Positions 28,061-41,134 of a stretch of DNA of 61,333 nucleotides are shown here, in pieces. The DNA is taken from contig JARDVH010000106.1 of the NCBI GenBank assembly GCA_030324005.1, positions 70,744,930-70,806,262 of the forward strand. Direction: 5' to 3'. The notes below the pieces were generated by a model. That model worked only from the letters and a program-made list of their open reading frames with translations. It was not told the DNA's origin and did no database searches. Position numbers and translations under genes: made by a program. The stretch comes from Negaprion brevirostris. Taxonomy: Eukaryota. Position 1 is the stretch's first letter; the number at the start of each line of letters is the position of its first letter.

Positions 28061-30000
28061 GCGACTAGAACTTATATTGGGAAAGCTGTCCACTTAATAG
28101 TCAAGCGACAACAATATGACGTATTCGTATTCATTGAATTGTACCTTTTAGCTGGCATTTCAGACCAGCAATGTCCTGTTCCATTGGCAGCATAGACTCA
28201 GCAGAGGTGGCGGTGGCACAAAACATAACATCAAATGTAAGCAAGTAAACTTCCTATGATTACCACCTATCACCCTTCCTCACCTGATAAGTCCATGCTC
28301 CTCCATGTTGAACACTACTAGGCAGAGGATAACGAGGGCGCAGAATTTACTCTGGGTGGTGGCTTGATAGCATCACTATTGACTGAACTGGTTGAGTTCT
28401 GAAGGACAAAATTGCCACACTGAGCCTGCAAGCAGGTTGGTGAGAAAACCAACAAAAGAAAAAAACCTATTTGACCTCATCCACACTAATCTGGTTACTG
28501 CAGATGCATCTTGCCGTGTTAGTATCAGTAGAAGTAACCATCACACAATCCTTGTGAAAATGAAGTCTCAAAGATATTCTTCATCATGTAGTATTGCACT
28601 ATCATGTTAAATAGAAAAGATTCAGAACGTATTTAGTAGCTGAAAACTGAGCATCAGTGAGGCATTGCAGTAGAATTGTATTCAGCTACAATCTGTAAAC
28701 TCATGGCCCACCACATCCCTCAGCTGACCATTACCATCAAGCTAGGAGATCAACCTGAAGTGCAGAAAAACATGTCAGGAACAGTTATATGTAAAACTGA
28801 GGTACCAACCTGGTCATACTACAGCACAGGACTACATACATACTGAGACAGAGCTAAGCAATCCTGAGAACCAGTGAATCACATCAAAGCTCTTCTGTCC
28901 TGTCACAGCCAGTCAAAAATACTGGTGGACAATTGCCAAAGAGGGCACTTGGTGAATGGTGCTGTCCTCACTGATGGTAAAGGCAGCATTTGAATGCAAG
29001 AGACAAAACTAAAACATTTGAAAACCCCTTCAGCCAGAAGTGCCAAATAGACGATCCATTCAGCCTCCTCCTAAGAACTCCACCATCATGGAAGTTGATC
29101 TTCAGCCAATTCCATTCCCTTAAGAAGCAGCTGAATACACTGCATACAGTGATGGCTATATGGAAATTGCCAACATCCTGGCTGAAGAATTGTTCTCCAG
29201 AAATAGCCACACGTCTCGTTTACTGTTCTATTAGAGCAACAACACTGGCATCTACCCGACAATGTGGAATATTATTAGCGATGGCCTATACATAAAAACC
29301 AGGACGCATTCAAACCAGATCATTGCTGTTCTATCATTCCACTCTTGCTCATCAGCAGAACGATGTAAGGTATCGCCAATAATGCTATAATGTTTAACCT
29401 GCTCACCAATGCTAAGTTTAAGTTCTACCATTGCCACTTCATTCCAGTCTTTATTGCAGCCTTGGTTTAAACATGGATGATGAGAGAACTGAATACAGAG
29501 GTAAGGTGAGAATAATTTCCTTGACATCAACGCAACATTTGACAGAATGTGGCATCAAGGAACCTGAGCTAAATAAAAGTCAGTGGTAATCGGGGAAATC
29601 TCTCAAGAGCTGGAGTCATACTTAGCACAAAGAAAGATGATTGTGATTGCTTGGAGGCCAGTCCTTTCAGTACTAGGACAGATTTCTCAGGGCAGTAGCC
29701 TAACATTCAAGAAGGTCAACACAATCCAGGGCAAAGCAGCCAGTTTGATCAGGACCCATTCAACTTTCTACCCTCACATTCTTCATCATTGGTGTACCTC
29801 AAACAACACACTAAGTTTTCTTCAGCACTACCTCCCAAACCGGCAATCATTTACCACTAGAAGGGCATTAGCAGCAGGTACATGAGAACACCACCAGATG
29901 CAAATTCTCTTCTAATTCCTACCAAACAGCACTATGGGATATCGACACCACATGCACTACAGCGATTCAAGAAGGCGGCTTCACCACAGTTTTGTCAAGC
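28060..30000 (+). mobile_element. Degenerate CR1-group LINE (endonuclease through RT and 3' tail)
   Basis: KNLFDLIHTNL...SNHHTILV (APE end), LKNCSPEIATRL (RT start) and tail CAGCGATTCAAGAAGGCGGCTTCACCAC. Many stops and frameshifts. Confidence 0.8.
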
Positions 30001-31265
30001 TCTGTTCGTCATCTAATGGCAATGTAGGGTGTCTGTGTGGGAAATGTCTGGCCAGAACAAAATAGATAATGATGTGATGCTCACACAGTTGTATAACCTG
30101 TCCACACCTGATGTACATGTTCATGGTTTGTGGTATCAGGGATTGCCTGCAGAAGTGAACCAAGCCAGGGTTTGAGCCTGGGAGGAAAATATTTGGAGGT
30201 GAGCTGAGATGTGAATTAAATAAAAAGGATCAATAAAGGAATTGGTTTCAGTCTACTTTTGAAATACAATGTAGTAATTTTTACAATGCTGCTTAAAGAT
30301 GTCTATGTTGGGCATTATCAGGAGGCGGAACTTCTCTCAGCTTTTTCCATTCTTCCATTTGATTAATATTTTGCTTGCAGCTTTTGACAAATCAGTGTAA
30401 TTGGTTTTCGTGCTAATATTTTCTTGTGGGCATTTCTGAAGAAAACTGAGAGAATTCGGTTAAATTTGTTCTATGGATTAAAGTCTACATATCTTTTCAG
30501 CTCCAGGGTCTTGCAATTTTGTAGATTTGTTTCTCGCATTTTGTGAAGTGCCAACAAAAATCAGTATTCAAAGATTCTTTGGAGACAATTGGCTTACAGC
30601 TGCTCATGTTTATTTAGTAGCTATTCTGAGTTGATTTTGTGATATTTAATGCTTGGTTACGGGGTCTTTTTATATTGCTGTGGTATTTCATTTGAAGATG
30701 GGAAAAGAGAATCTTTCTGTTTTACACCTTTTCAACTGTAATAAATCAGTTTTTTTGAGAGGGAGAGTCTCGTTGCAAGCTCACCTTTCATTCCTTACAT
30801 TTCCCCAACCTCTGTTCTACCAATTGTTACTCATCATTGCGTTGATAATCTGTTTGAAATTTCCATTTGATAAACACTCTGCTCTAGTCTAAAGGGAATA
30901 TACTTTAAAGTCTCAGTCTGCATTGTCCAGATGGCTGAGACATATTCAGCAATTCCCCACTTTGCCTTGAACCAGGCAGGCAAAGAACAGTGACTGCTCT
31001 CTTGTAATAGAGTGCAAAGTTAGATTTAAGTCACCCAACCCATTACCAAAACATTGGATTAAAGGAATGGAGGATAATTGTTCCCCGTCAGCTTACTGCT
31101 TCTGGTTTTGAAAAGGAGCTTTTGTTAAAGAAGGCTGTCGTTTCATACATCCTGATGGTAATCTGGGACCTAAGAAGTTCTGATGTTCTGAATTTTAGCG
31201 ATGTTCTTCAATGCTGTGTGTGATTCTTCAGTGCTCATTTTTATTTTCCTTTCTTCCATCTCAAG

Positions 31266-31347
31266 AAAAGCTAACGTTTGAAGGAGTTGTGGTTCAGCGT
31301 GCAGAATGTAGACCAGCTGTCAATGAATCTTACATGAGGTTAAAAAG
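31266..31347 (+). CDS. GTF2F2: GTF2F2 (TFIIF subunit 2, RAP30) coding exon, equivalent to human exon 5, 82 nt
   Basis: Polypyrimidine tract, then TCAAG|AAAAGCTA...TTAAAAAG|GTCAGT. Translates KLTFEGVVVQRAECRPAVNESYMRLKR versus human KLSLEGIVVQRAECRPAASENYMRLKR. Confidence 0.96.
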
Positions 31348-33039
31348 GTCAGTAGTAACTTTGGTAGCAAAGCAACATTTTGTTTAAATTCGCTGTTTGA
31401 CACCCTACAGTCCCCAGTACATTAAGTGGTTCTGACTTGATGCAGACCCAGTCATACATTGCTTATGTCGTGAAATTGTAAACTAATTTATCGTCTGTGT
31501 ATCTATATTAGCCTTTCACCAAAATACTGTGATGTGCTACTTGTGACTCCCTATTTTTACAGAAAAAAAACAGTTTTCACCCTGACATCATTTTTCAAAG
31601 GCATTGTGTGACTATTAAGCGATAATCCTTCAATGGAAACTGCCACTGACTCCCTCTATCTCGAATGCTTTCAAATAAGTTGCCAAAAAGCGGAAGGACT
31701 GACATTGCACCTGAGGAAAAGATCATGGGGTTAGTTTGGTCACTCCAGTGACCCACCTGAATAACATGGCAACATCCTGAGCATTCGTTGAGTTGAAAAG
31801 CTAACTCTCTGGGGCCAGTTTTCAGCTGTTCGAGCAGGAGTTTTTAATTGTATGGGTCTCACATCCACAATGGCGTGTTTGTGACCGGTAGGTTGACTTG
31901 ACTCTGACTTTCAAACAAATGAAGTACAGAAAAGTTAAAATTATCTCAATTAATGTAACATGATCGAAAAGGCAGAATGGAAACCAAGTAAGCATGAGGG
32001 AATAGGGGAATACAGAAAGTACAAGATTGTGTTTACTACGATGATGTTTGTACTCCGATATCTCCTTGTTCAGAGGTGGAATGGTCTTGTTGGGAGGAAG
32101 ATTAAAACATTGAAAGTTATCCTTTTATTGTCTATGGTGTCATTAATGGGTTATTATTATATAGAAAATAGGAACATTGCGTTGTTGTGTATTTCTGTTC
32201 AGATATCCCTCTTTGCAAACAAGGTGAATTTAAATCTCAGTATCTTTAAGGGGGAGGCTGTTTTTAAAATGAGAAATGATTAAAGTTAGTGATGTTTCAT
32301 TGCATAGTGTTCAGATGTCCCTGTAATGACGTTGGCCGGGGAGGAAAGAAGGTGAGGGAGAGAAGAGGGTGTTGAGCAGAGGCAAGGGATATTATGCTGA
32401 GCAAAGGAATACTGAATTACACAGACTGAGATTTGTCATTTTTAGCTGCCACGCTGGAACCCTATGGGAGAAAACCTGTCATCTTGGCACCATTAAAGGT
32501 GTGGAGAAAATCAACTAGGTGGAAGATATTGAAATTCATTTTCACAATTTGTGTTTCCACATGCTGCTCCTGATCATTATTAGATGGATATTGTCCTTCA
32601 CTTCCAAGTGAAAACGTCAAAAGTCTGCTGAACAGCGCGCTTCCTTAAGCATTTTACTGCTAAACCTCCACCTGGACTGAGCCATACAGACATCATAGCA
32701 ATGGTAAAGCAGGCTGGAATATACCTGTCACGTGCTCCTGGTTTAAGCGATTTTAAGTAATCGCATGTTAAACAGAACTGTGGCAAACTCACCCTTTTCA
32801 TGTTCGAGATACTCGATTAAAGAATACTACCTCTGTATATGTTAATGTTCAGCTTTTCTTTTAACATTATATAATTCTTTCCAATCCCTGCATTCTTCCC
32901 ACAAGGTTCACTCATAGATTACCCTTGGATCCAACTCTCTAAAGCAGTTGATGATACAATAGGTTAAATTGCTCAATAACACTCTTTACTCACTAAAGAG
33001 ATAAAAATGCCAGTAAGTGAAAAATATTGCATGTAGAAA

Positions 33040-33430
33040 AAGTGGTGTACCGTGTTAAATGAGAAGGGATCTCATCAAAACATTTATGATTCTGAGATGA
33101 TTCAACAGGGTTGTTGCAGAGAGGCTGTCTCCCCTTACTGAAGTCACACGCTTGAGATATAGGCACAGTCTCAGGGTAAGAGCTATCCTAATTCAGACTG
33201 AGATGAGGAGAGGTTTCTTCAGTCAGAAGGTTGTGAATCTTTGGAATTCTTAGAGTAATTCAAGACATGGGTTGATAAATCATTTGAGCTTTATGGGAAT
33301 TGTGGATATGGAGGTAGTACAGAAAAGTGGAATTGATGTTGAAGATTAGCCATGGTCTTATTGAATAGCAGAACAACTTCAAGGGACCAAGTGGCCTATT
33401 CCTTACCCTATTTCCGACGTTTTTTATTGT
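33040..33430 (+). mobile_element. CR1 LINE 3' end
   Basis: GAGATGAGGAGAGGTTTCTTCAGTCAGAAGGTTGTGAATCTTTGGAATTC motif and tail. Confidence 0.75.
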
Positions 33431-36400
33431 ATGAGGTGTCAAAATGGCTAAGGATGGAGCTAAAACGACTAAACCCAGCGCTGCACAACCAGTGCAGAGC
33501 AACAAACTACACAGACAGAACAATGAAATATTGTGCAACAACAGCTACTTTTGTTCACTGAAATATGGATGACATTCTCCTCAGCACTGTGCCCTAAGAG
33601 ACACTTTAACCTCATGATCTTTGTTGAGCTAGCTGACTTCAATCTTGGTTTCAGTTGCAGTCCAATAATCGCCTATTGTGTTGAATGAAGGGGGAGAGAT
33701 TTTTAAAAATTAGCCATGGTTGCTAGACCTTCGCTGTAAACTGTGCATGTATGGACATCTTGTCACATTCAGACAATCTGCTGATTTTGGAGTGGTGTCA
33801 CACAAGAAAAATGCTCTCTCGAGTGAGGCAGTGTGCATCAGCCAAAATAAGTGATTTAACAGATGGGGAGAAAACTGGAAGAAATAACCTTATTGTTGAA
33901 GAATGTATTGATTTTAAGGCTTGTGAAAATTAGAATGCACAAATCGTCTATTCCTCAGTGGAAGTGCGTGACTACTGGTGCATGTTTTTTTTATTGTGAA
34001 AATCGTGAAATGTGCCTGGCACGGACAGGCTTGATTGATGAAATTACCCAGCTAAAGCATTTGAGAGCGTAGTCTCTTTATAAAAGATAACCTTATCCAC
34101 ACCAACAAACTCCCCAGAGTGCTGACCTTTGCAGGCAAAGGTTCCTGAATGTTAATTATTCAGCATTATTAACGTTAATTATTCTATGTTTTTAAATGCA
34201 CCCTATAGCTGCCAAAAGCTCAAAAATGATTTTTATCATTACTGTCAGAATGATAAGCAGCTTTAATAAAGGGTTGGATATTCTCCTATTGTAAAAGCGC
34301 CGTGATGCTTTTCCAATCCCTTCAATGCTCAGCTGAATCCTGCAAATCCAGGTAAAATATATGTGGAATTAATACAAGTTCTGACTGACTCATTTGTAAT
34401 GATAAATTCAAAACAGTACACCGGATGATGGGGATGATCTTTGTATCGAGGCTTTTTCACCCTTGCATTGAATGTAACAGCAGGCAGACTGGTTAATAGC
34501 TTATTTTTATTTTTGATTTTAGATCTCAATTGCCTGTAAAATTTAACTGGAATTGCTCCGATGTCTGGCATTAACCGTTTCTTTCTGTAATGTTACAGTT
34601 TGGTGAATAACTTTCTCTCTCTCTACTATTCTAAAAGTAAGCAGAACCACATGTGTCAGACACGAATCTTAACAGATAATCATTTAGTAATGTGACCCTG
34701 GCGTTTGCAGTAGAACTGAGGCAGAGATGCCGAATGCTTAAGATGGCTGCAGTTCAAGTGCTGCTGTCAACATCCAATTCCTTTCAGATAAATAGGAGGA
34801 ATTGCTGTTCAGTTTCAACAATTTGATATTCAGTGCTGACTTTCAGTTGATTTATAAATATCTATGCAGGTTGTTTTGTTTGAATTACTCTGCCAGGGGA
34901 GAGAAGTTGGTGAACGAGACGGTTGCTATTGAGCTGCATTAACTACTGGTTAGCGATTCCATCTGTGCTGCAATGAATTGAGTTCCCTGCCATGGTTGAG
35001 CTCAGTAACTCCTCCAAGCGAGTACACACTGCACCATCAAAACAAAAAATAAAGAGCGCAGGGCAAGAAATAAAGGATGCTAACATNNNNNNNNNNATTA
35101 ATAACTCACTTTTTAAAGAAGTGATACCGGCGGTGGAAGTGACTCTCTTGAAGCATATAGCAGAAATCAAGATGTGATCATGCACCGTAGAGCCACATTT
35201 ATAAACAGAATATATCGACGCAAAAACCACTGCAAGCAGATTGTACAGAGATTGGTAATTTTTGGAGCTTTAGTAAATACTTCAGTATCAAACGAGCAGA
35301 AGGATTAGATCCCAGTTATGCTCAGCAGTTATTAATTGATAGTGGGCCAAATAGGTTGCTTAACTTTAAGTCCCTGCTTCTCCAATTTCTAATAAGCAAC
35401 ATTAGTTGTGAAATTCAGGAGCGGAGATTGAACGAAGCAGTTTTTTCAGAATCTACCTACCTCTGTTTCTTTAACTTTCATTCACACGGGATAACAGGTT
35501 TTTCCCCAACAATCTTCTAAATTCAGTGAGCTACTTATTTTTGGCTGCAAAATGTAACTCTCCAATTCGGAAAAAAATCTGTCATCCGAATTCTTGAATC
35601 ATGAAAAATGATACTGTGCCAACTTCAATCTACAAGTTGCCCAGCGTTTTGAAATAGTTTCCGTTACTGGCCTGCGTAACCCTGAGAGAATTTAAAAGGT
35701 TATAAAATCGACTCAACTGTTCACTGTAACTCACTGGTGTCATTTGCAGTAGGTTAGGAGCTCAGTGTTCAAAATACCTCCATGTTAGCATTTTAACAAA
35801 AGGAGCAGAATTGTACTGAGACACACGATACCATTGAATTTTATTCGATAGACTTTAGTAAAATATTCAGTACGTCAATGACTGATGAAAGAGGCAAAAT
35901 ATATTTTAAATGTCCTTACCTTTTGGAGCAGAGATCAGTTCTGTTACAACCGATAGTGGTTTGTAGTTTAAGTGGTTGTGCCTTACCAAGGCAGGGCTGT
36001 ACAGAGAAGAAAAGGAAATGAAGGCTGAGGAGCTGCTGATTGTTGCAGAAGTGTGGTGGCAGTGACTCAGTGTGTCCAGGAGTTGGGTAACTATAAATTA
36101 TAACCATGAACCCTAGCTACTGAGCACCTACATCAGATCATGGCTGGGGGAAATTAAACTCATTATATATTACTCATTCAAAAATAAAAAAAAAGTGGCA
36201 GACTGGAGATGGTATTCAGGAGCTGTTTATCAGCATGTTCAGTTTAACTCTTGAGTGGCAGGGCTCTAACCACATGATTGAGGAGATGCAGTGTTAGGTT
36301 GGGCTCACTGTAGCAGCTTACTACATCTGCCTCCCTCCTCACCATGGCTATAATGTAATCCTTTGGGACTTTTCATGTTAGCTCTTAACCCCAGCATCTC

Positions 36401-37494
36401 CCCTCCCTTCCTGCAGGCAGTGAGTTTTGTTTTGCTTATGGTCTCTCGAGTGTGAACTCCTTCTATACTTCGCACGAATAGCTCCTTTTTTTCTATGAAT
36501 TTGGATAGCGGGTGTACAAAGGCTGTTTGGCTAGGAAAGACATCACAGCCAATCTTGATTTTTACCCAGTGATCCCTGTCATCATTATTTGTGAAAATAC
36601 TTCTGGAATTGAATTTTGTTAAGAAATTGTCTCCAATTATAGCTTTCCCCCACTTCACTGCTCCAACTTCTTCATCTCAGCCATTCCAAAAGGAATGAAG
36701 GGAGAGAAACTTCGAGTGAATGAACAAAGAACAGTACAGCACAGGAAACAGACCCTTCGGCCCTCCAAGCCTGTGCCGCGCATTGGTCCAACTAGACAGG
36801 TCAGGCCAGGAGAAATGGAGACATTTGGTGGGGGGGGGGGGGGCGGAATTTGTCAAATAGAATAATTAACCCAAGTCTTGTTCCTGTGTACTTTTTGCTA
36901 GGTCTGAATCCAAAATTTGGTCCCCTCTATCAAAGGAGGAAGGAAAGCAACATCCATATAAGATGAACTTGGCATCTGATCAGCAGGTAAAACGCTTTCA
37001 CTACATCTACAGCCGCACACTGCCCTTTGTGTTCAAGTTACAGTGTTATAGATTCATCAAGGAACCACAGAACTTGTGTGAAATATTCTTCTTAGAATAT
37101 AGAACGGAATGACCTGCTACACCTCATTCTATCTCCTCAGGCCATTACTGAGCGTTGCTTAAAATCAAAGGCACAACTTTTGTTTTATTTCTGCATTAAG
37201 GCCGTTTAAGCTTGCATGTGTAGGGGGCTACTTCCCGTAACAAGATTACTTAAGTATCTACACAGAATTAGACAGGATGTGCAGCACAGCATTTGGCCTC
37301 CCCAGCCTTGAACACGGTAAGAAGCCTCACAACACCAGGTTAAAGTCCAACAGGTTTATTTGGTGGTCAACGCCACTAGTTATCGAGACAGACGTGACTA
37401 CCACCCAGTCTTGCCAGTCTTTATATCCCACTTGAGCCCCTTCCCACTCTGTCTGAAGTAAATTTATCATCAGAATCATCTATTGCGTTCTCCC

Positions 37495-37550
37495 TTATAT
37501 CCTTGTTTATCCTTGTTTATCCTTGTTTATCCTTATATACTTGTTTATCC
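37495..37550. repeat. 10-bp tandem repeat (CCTTGTTTAT)n
   Basis: Three perfect copies at 37501-37530 with degenerate flanking copies. Confidence 0.85.
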
Positions 37551-37745
37551 TCCCTTTAACTGCCCCTGTATTGTGTTGGGTTTCGAGGAATTCTGTTGGG
37601 TTTCGAGGTGGTGATTAATGGTCTATAGTTAAGCTCTTACCCAGGAAACATTCTCTCTGTATCCGTGCTATCGAAACCTGCCAGAATTTTGTGACCTATT
37701 AGGTGGCCTATCATAGAGAGGGTGCAGTGAAAGTTTACCAGACTG

Positions 37746-37948
37746 GGCGGCACGGTAGCACAGTGGGTTAGCACTGCTGCTTCAGAGCTCCAGGGAGCTG
37801 GGTTCGATTCCTGGCTCGGGTCTGTGTGGAGTTTGCACATTCTCCTCGTGTCTGCGTGGATTTCCTCCGGATGCTCCGGTTTCCTCCCACAGTCCAAAGA
37901 TGTGCGGGTTAGGTTGATTGGCCACGCTAAGAAATTGCCCCTTAGTGT
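37746..37948 (+). mobile_element. Young HE1 SINE, 3' part in gap
   Basis: GGCGGCACGGTAGCACAGTGGGTTAGCACTGCTGCTTCAGAGCTCCAGGGAGCTGGGTTCGATTCC (A and B boxes) plus V-domain. Confidence 0.92.
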
Positions 37949-39249
37949 NNNNNNNNNNNNNNNNNNNNNNNNNNNNNNNNNNNNNNNNNNNNNNNNNNNN
38001 NNNNNNNNNNNNNNNNNNNNNNNNNNNNNNNNNNNNNNNNNNNNNNNNTGAATTTGGCATTGGCAGAGATCAGGAATAGTGTTATGCACCTCTGACTGCA
38101 GTGAGCCACAAAAGGCAATAATTTGAAAAATAAACAGACTGTTGGAATGCATTCAATCAGTCATTCTCTTTATTTACTATGTCATCTATAATTCAAAACA
38201 TCTGATTTGTTTTACCAACATATATACTATGCTGAAATTTCAAACGAGGTGTTCAAAGCACTGAAATGCAAGAGTAAGCAGATTAAATATTAAATCATTT
38301 TCTCAGCTCCTTTCCTCTTCCTCTCCACATTTGTAATGTAATCCGTTGGCTTTTTGTTATTTCTTACCTCTGTGCCCCTCCCTTCCAATTATATAGACTA
38401 GTTTCTTTAGATTTTAAAAGTCTCATTCTTCTTACCAATTTTCTACTGCATTCATAACAATGTGGGTGTCACTGACAGGGTCAGTATCTGTTGCCCATTT
38501 TGATTGTCTTTATGTAGATTGTGGTGAGTCGTCTTCTTGAACTGCTGCAGTCCTTGTGTTGTAAGTATACCCATAGTACAGTTATAGTTAGGTGTAGGAG
38601 TTGATGAATGGTGGTGTAATTGCACTTTGCAGGGTTGATTAGGCTGGGTATGTCTTTTGTTGTGATTGATACTTAGGTCATTGCCGGGTTGTCCATCCAT
38701 TTTTTATTCTTGTCATTCTTCCATAGCAGTTTGATACAGCTGAGAGGCTTGCTAAGCCATTTCACAGGGAGCTAAAGAGTCAGCCACATTGCTGTGGGTC
38801 TGACCAGGTAACAAGGGCAGATTTCCTTCCTTAAAGGACACAAGTGAGGCAGATAAGATTTAATGATGAGCTGAGAGTTTCATAGTCACCATCACAGATA
38901 CAAGGGGGATTCCATGTTTATTTAATTAACTGGATTTAAAATCACCAGCTGTTGTGATGAGATCCTGATTATTAGGCTAGTAACATAATTACTACACCAC
39001 TCCCATAACATTCCATGGCCACATCGCTTCCTATAACCTCGTCCAGCCGCAAACCTCTGATTTTCTCCATTTCTAATCTGTTGTGTATTGCTGATTTTCA
39101 ACACTCTGGCATTGGTGGCTATGCCTTCAGCTGCCTGAGCTCTGTAATTCCCTTCTAAACTCTCAGCTTCCTTTTCCTTCTTCAAAACATCTGTTAAAAT
39201 TTGCTTCTTTAGACATGTTATCCTAATATCTTCTTTACATGGTTCCGTG

Positions 39250-40310
39250 TCAGATTATTCTTACAAAACTCATCTCCAAACTCCATGGCCTTGGGCTCAG
39301 CTCCTTGCTCTGTAACTGAATCCTAAACTTTCTAACCCACAGACTGCAATCATTAAGGTTAGGCAACAACTCTTCCTGCACGATCACCCTCAACACCGGT
39401 GCCCCGCAAGGCTTACTACACTCCTTACATAAGTAGCCAAATTCTGCTCCAACTTGATTTTCAGGTTTGCTGATGACACCGCTGTAGTGGGTCGGATCCC
39501 AAACAATGATGAGACAGAGTACAGAAATGAGATAGAAAATCTGATGAAATGGTGCGATGACAATAATCTCTCCCTGAATGTCAATAAAACAAAGGAGATA
39601 GTCATCAACTTCAGGAAACATAGTGGAGAGCATGCCCCTCTCTACTTCACTGGGAATGAAGTGGAAATGGTCGAGAGCTTCAAGTTTCTAGGTGTCCAGA
39701 TCACCAACAATCTGTCTTGGTCCCTCCACACCAATACTATAGTTAAGAAAGCTCGCCAACGCCTCTACTTTCTCAGATTAAGGAAATACAGCATGTCTGT
39801 TATGACTCTCTAATTTTCACAGATTCACCATAGAAAGTATCCTTTCTGGATGCATCATTGCTTGGCATGGCTGCTACTCTGACCAAAACTGCATGAAACT
39901 ACACAGGGTTGTGAACGAAGCCCAGTCCATCATGCAAACCAGCCTCCCATTCATTGACTCTTCATGCTGCCTCGGAAAAGCAGTCAGCATAATCAAGGAC
40001 CCCACGCACCCTGGACGTACTCTCTTCCACCTTCTGTCAGGAAAAAGATTGAAAAGTCTGAGAACACATACCAACTGATTCAAAAACAGCTTCTTCCCTG
40101 TTGCCATGAGACTTTTGAATGGATTTATCTCATATTAAGTTGAAATTCCTCTACTGTCTAGTTATAACCATAACACTATATTCTGAACCCTCTTCTTTCA
40201 CTCTCCTCTATATACCCTACGTATGGTATGCTTTGCCTGGATAGTGTGCAAGAAACATTACTTTTCACTATATACCAATACACATGATAAAATAATAAAT
40301 CAAATCAAAG
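39250..40310 (+). mobile_element. Rex1/Babar-clade LINE, 5'-truncated RT plus 3'UTR
   Basis: FADDTAVVGRIPNNDETEYRNEIENLMKWCDDNNLSLNVNKTKEIVINFRK...SFKFLGVQITNNLSWSLHT..IVKKARQRLYFLR. Ends in AATAAATCAAATCAAA. Contains stops and deletions. Confidence 0.88.
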
Positions 40311-40566
40311 ATATAGTTTAACTGCACTCTGTTCCACCCTGTTAACAAGAACTGTGTAACTACAGGTTAGGCAGCATATGATGCAAGACCATCAATCTAG
40401 AATGTTAATTCTGTTTCTTTTCCCACAGATGCTGCCAGATCTGCTGAGCTTTTCTAGCATTTGCTGTTCTTACTTGATTTTCAGTATCTGCAGGTACATG
40501 TGTTTGTTTATTGATTACTAATAACTAATGCACTGATTTTATCCCCCCCCCGCCCCCGAAAACCAG

Positions 40567-40666
40567 GCAGCAAATTGAAGAATCTTCCAAACCATTCCGT
40601 CTCTCTCTACAACTGGATAAGGCTGTTACAACAAATTACAAGCCCGTAGCAAACCATCAGTACAAC
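40567..40666 (+). CDS. GTF2F2: GTF2F2 coding exon, equivalent to human exon 6, 100 nt
   Basis: CCAG|GCAGCAAATT...TACAAC|GTAAGT. Translates QQIEESSKPFRLSLQLDKAVTTNYKPVANHQYN versus human LQIEESSKPVRLSQQLDKVVTTNYKPVANHQYN. Phase is compatible with exon 5. Confidence 0.96.
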
Positions 40667-41134
40667 GTAAGTCTGACTTGTTTACTAACTGCATTGAAAC
40701 ATGTTATCATCCCATCAATACCAACAAAAACAAATTTATCAGCATTTTTCAAGCGTGAGATTTTTAGCAGAGGAGGTTATTACTGAACAGTGTAGGCTGA
40801 TAGGAGATGTATATTTGTGTGTGGGGAGTTGTACAGTTTACAACAGTGGTGTCTTAACAAAACATGCAATTTTCAATCTCTTGGGTTATGAAGATTGCCT
40901 TTGTCTTAACATTAATCTGTTCTATTATATTTTATTAGATCGCCTTTCTACCTGAATGTTAATATAAAGCTGTGGTCATTAAAAGATATTAAAAATATTT
41001 ATCCTTGTGCAGTCAATGCAGTTGAAATTGGATTGCTTTACAGTTGGTGTTAGGATAAGCTTGAATGGGGACGGAGAACCCAAAACCGAAGTACACTTTC
41101 TCTAGACAGCCCAGAACAGAAAATTTGTCATAAA

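Noticed and set aside
31085-31110. Minus-strand donor-like GCA|GTAAGC as the end of KCTD4 exon 1
   Set aside because: A single motif without supporting promoter or exon evidence; it cannot be distinguished from chance.
37746-37820. tRNA-like sequence with Pol III A and B boxes
   Set aside because: It is the head of an HE1 SINE and continues into the V-domain, so it is not a tRNA gene.
39454-39813. Reverse transcriptase ORF as a possible domesticated or active gene
   Set aside because: It is a 5'-truncated Rex/Babar LINE with an internal deletion, stops and frameshifts.
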